This document shows positions 1-8,759 of a stretch of 20,000 nt of DNA, in pieces. The notes under the pieces are model-generated. The model did no database searches and was not told the DNA's origin. It was given only the letters and a program-made list of their open reading frames with translations. Position 1 is the first letter of the stretch. Every line of letters begins with the position of its first letter. This stretch comes from an uncultured virus (IMG/VR IMGVR_UViG_2687453479_000001). Taxonomy: Duplodnaviria > Heunggongvirae > Uroviricota > Caudoviricetes. Where the stretch lies: the IMG/VR virus record IMGVR_UViG_2687453479_000001; one strand, 5' to 3'. Made by a program: the position numbers and the translations under genes.

Positions 1-1007
1 TGCTCGGCCGGATCGACGGTGCGCAGCCCACGACCGATCATCTGGGTCAGCGTCGACTTGTGCGAGCTCGGGCGCAGCAGCACCACGCAGGAGGTGGGCG
101 TGTAGTCGTAGCCTTCGGTCAGCACCGCCACGTTGACCACGACCTGGGCGTCGCCGGTTTCGTACTCGGCCAGGCGGGTTGCACGCTCGGCATCCGACAG
201 CTCGCCGTGGATCAGCACGGCGCGGATGCCGGCGACGACGAACGCCTCGGCTACACACTGCGCGTGCGCCACGGTCGAGCAGAACACGATGGTCTTGCGC
301 TCACCTGCCTTCTCGCGCCAGTGGCGGACCACCGCATCAGTGATCGGCGTCTTGTTGAGGATCGCCTCCACCTCGGTCATGTCGAAGTCGGTGGCGGTGC
401 GCCGCACCTGCGCGAGGGCCGACTGCGCGCCGACGTCGATGACGAAGGTGCGCGGCGGCACCAGATGGCCGGAGGCGATGAGCTCGCCCAGGGTGATCTG
501 GTCGGCGACGTTGCTGAAGACCTCGCGCAGCCCCTTGCCGTCGCTGCGTGCGGGTGTGGCGGTGGCACCGAAGATCTGCGCCCGGGGGTTGCGCGACAGC
601 ACGCGGTCGATCACGCGCCGGTAGGAGGGCGAGGCGGCGTGATGCGCCTCGTCGACCACCAGCAGATCGAGCGTGGGCATCGCGTCGAGATGAGCGTCGC
701 GCGAGAGCGTCTGCACCATCGCGAAAGTGGCGCGCCCGGCCCAGGACTTCTCCTTGGCGTCGAACACCGAGGTGGCGAGGCCGGGATTGACGCGGCCGAA
801 CTTCTCCCGGTTCTGACCGGTGAGTTCGTCGCGGTGGGCGAGGATGCAGGCCTTTGCGTCGGGCTCGTCCAGCACGCTGCCGGCTACCGCCGACAGCATT
901 ATGGTCTTGCCCGAGCCGGTGGGACCGATGGCCAGGGTGTTGCCGTGCTGGTACAGCGCCGCGAGTGAGCGCTCCACCAGCAAGGCTTGACGGGGACGAA
1001 GCATCAT
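1..1007 (-). CDS. SF2 DEAD/DEAH-box helicase (3' end runs off the window; absent from the ORF track)
   Basis: Manual translation MMLRPRQ...GPTGSGKT (motif I), LVVDEAHH (II), GVTATP (III), VLTEGYD (V), QMIGRGLR (VI). Confidence 0.93.
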   Translation of the reverse strand, partial: MMLRPRQALLVERSLAALYQHGNTLAIGPTGSGKTIMLSAVAGSVLDEPDAKACILAHRDELTGQNREKFGRVNPGLATSVFDAKEKSWAGRATFAMVQTLSRDAHLDAMPTLDLLVVDEAHHAASPSYRRVIDRVLSRNPRAQIFGATATPARSDGKGLREVFSNVADQITLGELIASGHLVPPRTFVIDVGAQSALAQVRRTATDFDMTEVEAILNKTPITDAVVRHWREKAGERKTIVFCSTVAHAQCVAEAFVVAGIRAVLIHGELSDAERATRLAEYETGDAQVVVNVAVLTEGYDYTPTSCVVLLRPSSHKSTLTQMIGRGLRTVDPAE

Positions 1008-1021
1008 GACGGCAGTCCCCC

Positions 1022-1618
1022 TTACTGCGCCCAGCTCGGGCGGCCCGAGACTGGGGCGCGACCGGTGGCCTGGGCGTAGGAGTTCGCCGTGGTGGATGCC
1101 GGGGAGGTGGCAGGCGCGCTACCCATCCGCGCGGCGTAGTCCTTGTGATCGGGCTGGATCGCCTGCTTGATGACGGCCTTGTCCTGACCGTGCTGATCCT
1201 TCTCCCAGTCGACCTTGCCGAGGAACTCGATACCGTCGAGGTCGGCGAAGCCGGCGATGCGCCGCGCGTTCTGGGCCTGGGGGCTGGCATCGCCCGGGTG
1301 GACGCCGCGCGCGGAGTTCAGGATCGCCTTGACGAAGGCGCGGCCCATGTTCGCCCACTCGGGGCCCTTGGGGCTGTGGAGGCCGATCAGCGACCACATT
1401 TTTCGGCGGGCGTACTCGCCCTCCATTACGACGAACTCGCAATTGAGGTACACCGAGCCGGTGTTCTCGTTGCGGGTCGCGTAGCCGCCGGTCCAACCCT
1501 GGCTCGCATCGTCGAAGCCGCCGGGACGGATGGTCATGCGCACGCGCACCAGCGTGCCTTTCGGGATCAGGTCGAACGAGGACTGCTCGTTGGCGTCGTT
1601 GAAATCGAAGTAAGTCAT
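1022..1618 (-). CDS. Phage replication protein, probable ssDNA-binding protein (DUF669-like), 198 aa
   Basis: Likely start MTYFDFNDA at 1618; 'FDLIPKG...YLNCEFVVMEGEYARRKMW' pattern; flexible tail ending RPSWAQ; lies between the AAA ATPase and the helicase. Confidence 0.7.
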   Translation of the reverse strand: MTYFDFNDANEQSSFDLIPKGTLVRVRMTIRPGGFDDASQGWTGGYATRNENTGSVYLNCEFVVMEGEYARRKMWSLIGLHSPKGPEWANMGRAFVKAILNSARGVHPGDASPQAQNARRIAGFADLDGIEFLGKVDWEKDQHGQDKAVIKQAIQPDHKDYAARMGSAPATSPASTTANSYAQATGRAPVSGRPSWAQ

Positions 1619-1629
1619 GGCGTAGTTCC

Positions 1630-2487
1630 TTATTGCTGCGCGGATTCGGAAGGCGCGGGGCGCGCGAAATCGAGGCGTTCGAGAGCGGGGCGGGCAGGCC
1701 CGGCGATCTTGGTCATCAGCCGGCCGAGGTGCGGTTCCTCGATCTGGTCGAGGCGCCCGGAGCGGTCCTTGGCGGGGTAGCCCCAGGGGTTGAGCGTGTG
1801 GCAGACGAAGGCGCGATAGGCGGTGCCGTCGTCCGCCTTGAGCTCGGCGAGCGTCACCACTTCGTCGACGATGCCGGGCAGTTCCAGCCCGGTCTTGGAA
1901 CCGTCGATCTGCAGCTGGAAGACGCGGCGATTGAAGTCGTCGAGCCGCTCGTCGAGGATGCCGACGAACCAGACGTTCTTGCCCCGGGTGTGCTGCAGGT
2001 GGGTGAGCCAGGCGATCATCTCCTGGCCCATCAGGCCGTAGGCCCCGCGCGTGTCCGGCTTGCCCGTCTTCTCGGAGAAGGCCTGCGGCTGGCCCTTGCA
2101 CCACTGCAAGCACAGACGCCCGGCGACGGTGATCGAGTCGACGAACACGGTCTCGTACTTGTCGAGCACGGACGGATCGCCGACGCGGGCGCAGACGGCG
2201 TCGAAGTGCGCCTGGCTGAACGGTTGCTCGTCGCGCAGCGCCGGGTTCGGGCCGCCGATGAACACTGCGAAGTCGCGGCATTCCTGCCAGGTGCGCGGCC
2301 GGATCGTGTCGCCGGCCCAACCTTCGACGGCGAGATCGCCCGCCTCGAGGTCGAAGAACAAGGTGGCCTCGGGCGTCAGCGTCCAGAGCTGCGAGGTCTT
2401 GCCGATGCCGCTCTTGCCGACCAGCACGCCCTTGACGCCGCGCTTCTCGGCCAGGCGCTGGTCGGCGGAGATGATGGGGAGGTTCAT
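1630..2487 (-). CDS. Phage AAA ATPase (AAA_24 / Sak4-like annealase), 285 aa
   Basis: Walker A GKSGIGKT, Walker B VFVDS, C-terminal AKDRSG motif; adjacent to an SSB-like gene. Confidence 0.85.
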   Translation of the reverse strand: MNLPIISADQRLAEKRGVKGVLVGKSGIGKTSQLWTLTPEATLFFDLEAGDLAVEGWAGDTIRPRTWQECRDFAVFIGGPNPALRDEQPFSQAHFDAVCARVGDPSVLDKYETVFVDSITVAGRLCLQWCKGQPQAFSEKTGKPDTRGAYGLMGQEMIAWLTHLQHTRGKNVWFVGILDERLDDFNRRVFQLQIDGSKTGLELPGIVDEVVTLAELKADDGTAYRAFVCHTLNPWGYPAKDRSGRLDQIEEPHLGRLMTKIAGPARPALERLDFARPAPSESAQQ

Positions 2488-2765
2488 GCGCGGCCCTCCG
2501 TGTCGGAAAAGGCCTGCTCGATGCGGTACGCGCCGAGTGCGCCGCGCTTGCGGGCGAGGTCGTAGAGTTCGCGCAGGGCATTCATGCGGCGGCTGATCGG
2601 TCGGAGCTCGTTTTCGAGGGCGATCACGGCGAAGGCGATCTGATCCAGGGTGGCGCTTTCGAGCGGCACCTCGACGCCATCCACGCGGACCGTAGCCGGC
2701 AACTCGTCCAGCAGGTAGGGATGCTTGTTCTTCAGCTTCTCGAGCAAAGTGCGGTTCTTGAACAT
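2484..2765 (-). CDS. Hypothetical protein, 93 aa (MFKNRTLLEK...)
   Basis: ATG at 2765 just after the upstream stop; 4-nt overlap with the downstream gene. Confidence 0.7.
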   Translation of the reverse strand: MFKNRTLLEKLKNKHPYLLDELPATVRVDGVEVPLESATLDQIAFAVIALENELRPISRRMNALRELYDLARKRGALGAYRIEQAFSDTEGRA

Positions 2766-2770
2766 GGCGG

Positions 2771-3241
2771 TCACTCCTTCATCAGGGCGAGGCGGAAGCC
2801 GGGCTTGCCGGTCTTGAGCGTGCGGGCGGGCGCGAAGGCGCTCTTCAGCGACTCCGGCCAGGCGTTGAACTTGGTTTCCGAGACGCGATAGCTGATCTCG
2901 ACGTACTCGGTCGGGTCCTCGCCGCCGTTGGCGATGCGGCGGACGACCTCGGCAAGCCGCTGCTGATCCCACTCGATCCGCTTGGGCAGGTCGGCGGTGA
3001 TGCGCACATGGCCGTCATCGAAATGCACGACGCCGGTGTCCTTGCCGGCGGCCAGGCGCAGGGCATGGGCGCGGTCGGCGTACTTCAGGTCGAGCGCTCG
3101 GTCGATGTGCTCGACGATGGCGCGGGCCACCGAGAGCAGATCGGCGGCATCGTTCTTCAGCTGAAACAGCGCCTCGCTTTGCAGCGCGGCGAGATCGCCG
3201 GCGGGCGTGGCGAGGACCTGATCGGGCGTGAGGCGGCTCAT
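2771..3241 (-). CDS. Hypothetical phage protein, 156 aa (MSRLTPDQVL...)
   Basis: ATGA coupling to the upstream HTH gene, GGAGG RBS, protein-like composition. Confidence 0.8.
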   Translation of the reverse strand: MSRLTPDQVLATPAGDLAALQSEALFQLKNDAADLLSVARAIVEHIDRALDLKYADRAHALRLAAGKDTGVVHFDDGHVRITADLPKRIEWDQQRLAEVVRRIANGGEDPTEYVEISYRVSETKFNAWPESLKSAFAPARTLKTGKPGFRLALMKE

Positions 3242-3450
3242 GCGACACCTCCCGCGCTGGCGCGCTCGGAGGTGCTCTTGCGCAGGCACTCCGCTTCGTA
3301 GGACTCGACGTCCTCGACGCGGTAGAGCACGCGGCCTTGGATCTTCAGAAAGACCGGCCCGATCCCTTCGGAGCGCCAGCGTTCCAAGGTGGCTTCGCTG
3401 ACGCCCCAACGGTCGGCCAGTTGGCGTTGGTTGAGGTGTTTGATACTCAC
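3238..3450 (-). CDS. Excisionase/AlpA-like HTH DNA-binding protein, 70 aa
   Basis: HLNQRQLADRWGVSEATLERWR...GPVFLKIQGRVLYR pattern; GTG start with AAGGAG RBS. Confidence 0.88.
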   Translation of the reverse strand: MSIKHLNQRQLADRWGVSEATLERWRSEGIGPVFLKIQGRVLYRVEDVESYEAECLRKSTSERASAGGVA

Positions 3451-3504
3451 GGTTCGCTCCTTACGGGTTGTTGCGGAAACGTGAGGTCATTCTGGTTTTC
3501 AGGG

Positions 3505-3557
3505 GGTGGGCAAACCGGCGGGCAAAGCGGGCAGGATTGGCGGGCAGATCGTGCAAA
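3505..3557. repeat. Tandem (GC)GGGCA motifs upstream of the HTH operon, putative operator
   Basis: GGGCA at 3508, 3520, 3529, 3542 and GTGCA at 3551. Confidence 0.5.
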
Positions 3558-3575
3558 TCGGCCCTTCGTTGAGCC

Positions 3576-3613
3576 AGAAAGAAAAAGGCCCGGAGTTTTT
3601 GGCTCCGGGCCTT
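3576..3613 (-). terminator. Rho-independent terminator after DUF2188
   Basis: 11-bp stem AAGGCCCGGAG/CTCCGGGCCTT running into TTTTTCTTTCT on the minus strand. Confidence 0.85.
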
Positions 3614-3638
3614 GTTGGGGGATGGAAATGCGGGGCGG

Positions 3639-3863
3639 TCAGCCGCGGGGCGGGAACGGGTCCTTGCCGTAGGTGTTGCGCTCGCGAATCTTTCCATCCG
3701 TGCCTTGGATGAACACCTCGCTGCCCTGGTTGCGCGCGATGTCGCGTGCGCGCTCGAAGGCTTCTTGTTGCGTATCGTGTACGGAGGTCAGGCGGTCGTT
3801 GCCTTCCCCCCGGACACCCCACTTGTCGCCGTTGCGGACGACCCACTGGTTCTTACCACTCAT
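3639..3863 (-). CDS. DUF2188 family protein, 74 aa
   Basis: MSGKNQWVV...WGVRGEG...TQQEAFERARDIARNQGSEVFIQGTDGKIRERNTYGKDPFPPRG; GAGG RBS. Confidence 0.88.
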   Translation of the reverse strand: MSGKNQWVVRNGDKWGVRGEGNDRLTSVHDTQQEAFERARDIARNQGSEVFIQGTDGKIRERNTYGKDPFPPRG

Positions 3864-3928
3864 GTCATTCACCTCATCGAGATCGAAGTTGCACTGCCGG
3901 ATGAAAGGATTGCGCTTCGTTGGGTGCA

Positions 3929-4885
3929 TCACCTCCTTTGGTCGTTGACGAATTCGGGTTTGAGCCAATAGTGGCCGTCGGTGTCGTGGGCGACGAAGGT
4001 GCGGTAGACCGCCTTGTGCCGCTTGAAGATGTCCGCGCCCTTGCACTTGTCGACATCGATCTCCAGGGCGTCGGCGATGGTGCGTTTGTGGACGGGATCG
4101 CCGGCAGCCCGCTGAAGCACGGAAAGAAAACCGCAGACTTGGGGTGACAGCGCGTGCCGCCCACCGTCGATCAGTGCGATGCGACCGGAGTGCATGAGCC
4201 GCAGGGAGGTTTCCGAATCCGGTTCGCCGATACCGACGGAGCCGTCGAGGTATGCGTCGAGATTTTCGATGACGAAGCCGGCCTTGCGGAGATGCGCCAC
4301 GGCACGCAGCGGAACGATGAGATGGCCAGAAGCGTGGATGGTTTGAGCGACGTCAGCCGTGGTGGTGAGCAGGACGCCGCAGCCGGGTGCGCAGGCAGTG
4401 CGCAATCGATGGTCTATGGAGGGCATCAGGACCGGATCGTCTAGCTTCCGGCCGAAGAAGACAGTGCGCCGCTTTCGTCGATGTTCGATCTCGCCCAGGC
4501 GCCACAGCGCTGTCGGAACCAGCTCTTCGTGTTGATAGCGTCCCGCAAGGCCCAGGGCGGAGGCGAGCCACCGGACGATGCGCGTGGTGTCCACCCTGAG
4601 CCATGTCACTTGATCACTGGCCAGATCAACCCAGCCGCAGTCCGTGCAGTACCCCTGGCGGCGTCCTTGCTCGAAGCGAATCCCCTCCAAATCGCCCATT
4701 CCGCACCAGGGACAGAGGATGCTTGATCCGACACCATCACTCGCCCCGAGGGCACCGAGGTCGAGGAGATGCCGATAGGCATCCATCTGTCCGGAATACC
4801 GGGCGGCATCCGGATGGAGGTTTCCATCGGATTCCTCGACGAGCCCGCAGAGCAGGCCGAAGGCGATGTCGTTGCGTGCTTGCAC
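3929..4885 (-). CDS. Hypothetical protein with Zn ribbon and probable C-terminal winged helix, 318 aa
   Basis: GTG at 4885 preceded by AGGAG; CPWC...CTDC; C-terminus LSPQVCGFLSVL...HKRTIADAL...GHYWL. Confidence 0.7.
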   Translation of the reverse strand: MQARNDIAFGLLCGLVEESDGNLHPDAARYSGQMDAYRHLLDLGALGASDGVGSSILCPWCGMGDLEGIRFEQGRRQGYCTDCGWVDLASDQVTWLRVDTTRIVRWLASALGLAGRYQHEELVPTALWRLGEIEHRRKRRTVFFGRKLDDPVLMPSIDHRLRTACAPGCGVLLTTTADVAQTIHASGHLIVPLRAVAHLRKAGFVIENLDAYLDGSVGIGEPDSETSLRLMHSGRIALIDGGRHALSPQVCGFLSVLQRAAGDPVHKRTIADALEIDVDKCKGADIFKRHKAVYRTFVAHDTDGHYWLKPEFVNDQRR

Positions 4886-4893
4886 GGCGTCTC

Positions 4894-5715
4894 CTACGCG
4901 ACCAGGGCCAGTTCGACCTCGGTCGGTTCGGAAACGCGCCACGCACGCAGGAGGCTCTCGGCGAGCTTGGCATCCTCCTCTCCCATGTCCTGGAGGTTGG
5001 AGATGCCAGATTGCTTGAGGTCGATGTTCAGTACGCGGCCGCGCTTGCCCACCTCGGCAGGGGCGAAGTAGATGCTGATAAGGGCCTCGACGATATTGAA
5101 CGGACCGCGGAACAGGTCGTGATTCTTCAAGTGGGCGCTCGATGCAGTGAGTGCGCAGGGTTCGGAGTGGTCCGCAGGTACGCCCACCCAGAAGTCGCAG
5201 ACGGGCGCCTTGGTGCTCCTGAGTCGGGCTCGGCGAAGGCGGATGCGATCGATGCCATGGGCGGCGAGGTTGATGTCGCTGTCCTCCGGAAGGCCCAAGC
5301 CGTGCCGCAGCCGGTTGAGATAGAACATCGGCTGCTTCACCGCCTCGGGCTTGACCTCCTGCTTCAGCAGGTGGCGAGCGAAGAGAGTCACCAGCGGTTG
5401 GTGAACCTTGGCGCCGCCCCGGCCGACGGTGTCGACAATGCCGGATGCGGGAAAGTAGACCAGCGCGAGATTGGTCGCCGGGCGGGTCGTCCGGCGGCGC
5501 ATGCCCTCCTCGACGAACTCCACCAGATCGTTAGGATCGTCCTCCACGTAGACGCTGATCTGCACACCGCCGTCCAGGTGACGGTCGCAGACGTCCACGT
5601 GGCAGGCGCGCCGCGGCCCTTTACGCTTGGAGAGCACCTCGGACAATGCGGCCTGCAACCCCTCGATATCGGCAGCCTCTCGGGACACCGGCTCGGTCAC
5701 CTTGATGGCTTGTCG
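4894..5715 (-). pseudogene. 5'-truncated hypothetical gene (about 270 C-terminal codons intact)
   Basis: Frame is open up to an in-frame TAG at 5716-5718; no convincing RBS before GTG 5700; directly abuts an opposite-strand DUF2924 fragment. Confidence 0.6.
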
Positions 5716-5876
5716 CTACCGCCGATGGTCAGTACGAATTCCAGGGGCGCACCTTCGCCAGCCTTTCGATGATCGCCCGCGAGATCACGGGCACACGGTG
5801 GTCCGGTCCGCTGTTCTTCGGACTCAAGCCGTCGGCCAATCCCAAGCCTGGCACCAGGAAGGGAGGCCGGCGATGA
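5709..5876 (+). pseudogene. C-terminal remnant of a DUF2924 family gene
   Basis: Translates LVATADGQYEFQGRTFASLSMIAREITGTRWSGPLFFGLK...GGRR*; in-frame TGA at 5703 and no start upstream of the conserved part; stop overlaps the recombinase ATG. Confidence 0.85.
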
Positions 5877-7228
5877 GCGAAGTCTTGAAGCGTCGCATGC
5901 GCTGCGCGGTCTACACGCGCAAGTCCACGGACGAAGGCCTGGACCAGGAATACAACTCCATCGATGCGCAGCGCGACGCGGGCCATGCCTACATCGCCAG
6001 CCAGCGCGCCGAGGGCTGGATTCCAGTTGCCGACGATTACGACGATCCCGCGTTCTCGGGCGGCAACATGGACCGGCCGGCGCTCAAACGGATGTTGGCG
6101 GATATCGAGGCCGGCAAGATCGATGTGGTTGTCATCTACAAGATCGACCGCCTGACACGCAGTCTGGCGGACTTCTCCAAGATGGTCGAAGTGTTCGAGC
6201 GGTACGGGGTGTCCTTCGTCTCGGTCACACAGCAGTTCAACACCACCACGTCGATGGGACGGCTGATGTTGAACATCCTCCTGTCCTTCGCCCAGTTCGA
6301 GCGGGAGGTGACCGGCGAGCGCATTCGCGACAAGATCGCCGCCAGCAAGCGCAAGGGCATGTGGATGGGCGGCGTGCCGCCACTTGGCTACGACGTCGAG
6401 AACCGCCGGCTGGTCCCAAACGAAAGCGAGGCCAAGCTGGTCCGCCACATCTTCCGCCGTTTCGTCGAGCTCGGCTCCAGCACGATGCTCGTCAAGGAGT
6501 TGAGACTGGATGGCGTGACGTCGAAGTCCTGGACCACGCAGGACGGCAAGGTCAGGGAAGGCAAGCCGATCGACAAGAGCCTGGTGTACAAGCTGCTCAA
6601 CAACCGCACCTACCTCGGCGAACTGCGCCACAAGGAGCAGTGGTACCCGGCCGAGCATCCGCCGATCATCGACCGGGAGCTGTGGGATCAGGCTCACGCC
6701 ATCCTGGCCACCAACGGCCGGGTCCGCGGCAATACCACGCGGGCGACCGTGCCCTATCTGCTCAAGGGCATCGTGTTCGGCAACGATGGTCGGGCGCTGT
6801 CGCCCTGGCACACCACGAAAAAGAACGGGCGCCGCTATCGCTATTACGTCCCGCAACGAGACTGCAAGGAATATGCGGGAGCGTCCGGGTTGCCGCGCTT
6901 GCCGGCCGCCGAACTGGAATCGGCGGTGCTCGACCAGTTGCGCGCGATCCTGCGCGCGCCTGATCTCCTGGGCGCGGTATTGCCGCAGGCGATCAAGCTC
7001 GACCCGACCTTGGATGAAGCGCAGGTCACGGTGGCCATGACCCGGCTCGACGCGATCTGGGATCAGCTGTTCCCGGCCGAGCAGAGCCGGATCGTCCGGC
7101 TGCTGGTTGAGAAAGTCATCGTGTCGCCCAACGATCTCGAGGTGCGGCTGCGCGCCAACGGCATCGAGCGTCTGGTGCTGGAGCTGCGTCCTGAGCCCGT
7201 CAAGCAGACGGAGGAGGCGTTGGCATGA
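5873..7228 (+). CDS. Large serine recombinase (resolvase plus recombinase domains), 451 aa
   Basis: YTRKST catalytic Ser, YKIDRLTRS, FAQFERE, GGVPPLGYD, LLNNRTYLG; GGAGG RBS before ATG 5873. Confidence 0.95.
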   Translation: MSEVLKRRMRCAVYTRKSTDEGLDQEYNSIDAQRDAGHAYIASQRAEGWIPVADDYDDPAFSGGNMDRPALKRMLADIEAGKIDVVVIYKIDRLTRSLADFSKMVEVFERYGVSFVSVTQQFNTTTSMGRLMLNILLSFAQFEREVTGERIRDKIAASKRKGMWMGGVPPLGYDVENRRLVPNESEAKLVRHIFRRFVELGSSTMLVKELRLDGVTSKSWTTQDGKVREGKPIDKSLVYKLLNNRTYLGELRHKEQWYPAEHPPIIDRELWDQAHAILATNGRVRGNTTRATVPYLLKGIVFGNDGRALSPWHTTKKNGRRYRYYVPQRDCKEYAGASGLPRLPAAELESAVLDQLRAILRAPDLLGAVLPQAIKLDPTLDEAQVTVAMTRLDAIWDQLFPAEQSRIVRLLVEKVIVSPNDLEVRLRANGIERLVLELRPEPVKQTEEALA

Positions 7229-7656
7229 GCGACATCCGCATTCAGAAGACCGGCGAGCCGGATATTCTCCAGACCAGCGACGGCAGGCTGACCCTGTCGG
7301 TGCCGATTCAGATCAAGCGGCGCAGCGGGCGCAAGCTGGTCACGCTGCCGAACGGCGAAACTGCCCCCGTGAGGCCGTGGGATATGACACCGACGCCGCT
7401 TCAGTTGGCGCTGGCCAGAGGGCATCGCTGGCTGGCCATGCTGGAGTCGGGGGAAGCGAAGTCACTGAAGGAGATCGCCGCGCGGGAGGGGATCGACAAC
7501 AGCTACGTCAGCCGGATGGTCAACCTGACCACGCTGGCGCCGGACATCGTAGCCGCGATCCTGGACGATACGCTGCCGAGCCACATCACGTTGTTCGACC
7601 TGGCGGTTGATCCACCGGCGCTGTGGGATGAGCAGCGGGAGAGAGTCGGACTCTGA
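7225..7656 (+). CDS. Recombinase-associated small HTH-like protein, 143 aa
   Basis: ATGA coupling with the recombinase; SLKEIAAREGIDNSYVSRMVNLTTLAPDIV HTH-like segment. Confidence 0.8.
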   Translation: MSDIRIQKTGEPDILQTSDGRLTLSVPIQIKRRSGRKLVTLPNGETAPVRPWDMTPTPLQLALARGHRWLAMLESGEAKSLKEIAAREGIDNSYVSRMVNLTTLAPDIVAAILDDTLPSHITLFDLAVDPPALWDEQRERVGL

Positions 7657-7675
7657 GGCGGAAACTCCGCCTCAG
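7653..7675. terminator. Hairpin between convergent genes
   Basis: CTGAGGCGGA-AAC-TCCGCCTCAG perfect 10-bp stem; no U tract. Confidence 0.5.
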
Positions 7676-8175
7676 CTCAACATGCTTTTGAGATCCTTGA
7701 GCATCAGGAACAGATGGTACGGATCGGTCGGGCTGGGCTCGAATTCCCAGGATTCGTACCACTGCCGCGCCGCGTCGTCCTTGGCATGGACCAACAGGCA
7801 GCGAATCCCGGCGATGTCGGCAGCCTGTGCGGTGCGCAGCAGGGCGTCTTTGAGCAAGGCCTGGCCCAGACCTTTACACTGATGCGCCTTGTCCACGGCG
7901 AGCCGAGCCAGGATCATGACCGGCACCGGGTGACGCGCCAGCCCCTTCATCACTCGCGACGGCGCGGCTTCCGGATCGACACTGCCGACCGCGAGGCTGT
8001 AGAAGCCGACCACCACATCACCCTGGCAGCAGACATAGGTCTGCGCGCTATTGGCCTTTTGGTTGATCAGCGCGTAGCGCTGCAGGAACTGGTTCAGCGC
8101 GGCCTGGCCGCAGTCGAACGCATCGACCTGATCCGTTGCAGCCAGCTTGCGAACGGGCGAGTAGTCATTGCTCAA
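7672..8175 (-). CDS. GNAT acetyltransferase toxin (TacT/AtaT-like)
   Basis: FDCGQAALNQFL, VVGFYSL, LARLAVDKAHQCKGLGQALL acetyl-CoA motif, LLVHAKDD; TTG start overlapping the antitoxin stop. Confidence 0.92.
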   Translation of the reverse strand: MSNDYSPVRKLAATDQVDAFDCGQAALNQFLQRYALINQKANSAQTYVCCQGDVVVGFYSLAVGSVDPEAAPSRVMKGLARHPVPVMILARLAVDKAHQCKGLGQALLKDALLRTAQAADIAGIRCLLVHAKDDAARQWYESWEFEPSPTDPYHLFLMLKDLKSMLS

Positions 8176-8450
8176 TCCAGCACCCCAGGTTCACGCAGCA
8201 ACTTCTTCAGACGCGGCTTGCTTTGCACCGGGCGGTCCAGCGCCTCCTGGAAGGCCTGCCACTGTGTGTCGTCCAGCACGAACTGGCGACGATCCGCCAG
8301 CGTCTGCGCGGCCGCCGTCACGCCCGCGTCGAGCAGGAACTCGCTCACGTTCTTGTGGCAGGCGCGTGCGGCTTCCTGCAGCAGTTGCTTGACTGGCGTG
8401 CTGGCACGAACGTCAATGCGTTCGGTCTTGGAAAGATTCAGGGTGCTCAT
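8172..8450 (-). CDS. DUF1778 RHH antitoxin (TacA/AtaR-like)
   Basis: KTERIDVRAS...LLQEAA...VSEFLLDA...FQEALDRP...PRLKKLL; upstream of the GNAT gene. Confidence 0.92.
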   Translation of the reverse strand: MSTLNLSKTERIDVRASTPVKQLLQEAARACHKNVSEFLLDAGVTAAAQTLADRRQFVLDDTQWQAFQEALDRPVQSKPRLKKLLREPGVLD

Positions 8451-8482
8451 GGTGCCCCTCCGGACTGATCTTGGATGCTTCT

Positions 8483-8512
8483 ATTGTAGGCGTCCGGACA
8501 TTGTCCTGACAA
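8483..8512 (-). promoter_or_regulatory. Sigma70 promoter of the TA operon with overlapping operator
   Basis: TTGTCA-N18-TACAAT on the minus strand; inverted repeat GTCCGGACA-T-TGTCCTGAC at 8492-8510. Confidence 0.7.
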
Positions 8513-8759
8513 GGTGTTTCCTCTGCCACCCAATGCTGCAATCCAACCGCTTGATTCGTCCGCGCGTAACGCATTGATTTATAATGGCCTTGTTCGCGGC
8601 GTTTGCGGACTTCGGGCGTGTATGGGGGAGCGAGGCCGGAGAGAAAAACGGCCGGGAGAGAGAGGAAGGTGGCCTTGGACGGGGCCAGGGGCCGGACGCC
8701 GAAGTCCGCAGGCTTTCGCAGGAAGCCCCGCGAACACGCGGGAACCGGCGCGATCGGGC

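Noticed and set aside
60..968. Long antisense ORFs (also 1633-2565, 4603-5772, 5729-6856, 13397-14605, 15383-16495)
   Set aside because: Shadow frames opposite well-supported genes, expected from high-GC codon bias
1022..2581. 519-aa ORF overlapping the AAA ATPase
   Set aside because: The N-terminal part is an Arg/Ala-rich off-frame read of the ATPase gene; the real protein most likely starts at 1618
5627..5872. 82-aa N-terminal extension of the recombinase
   Set aside because: It crosses the deletion junction and the DUF2924 remnant; the RBS and domain start indicate ATG 5873
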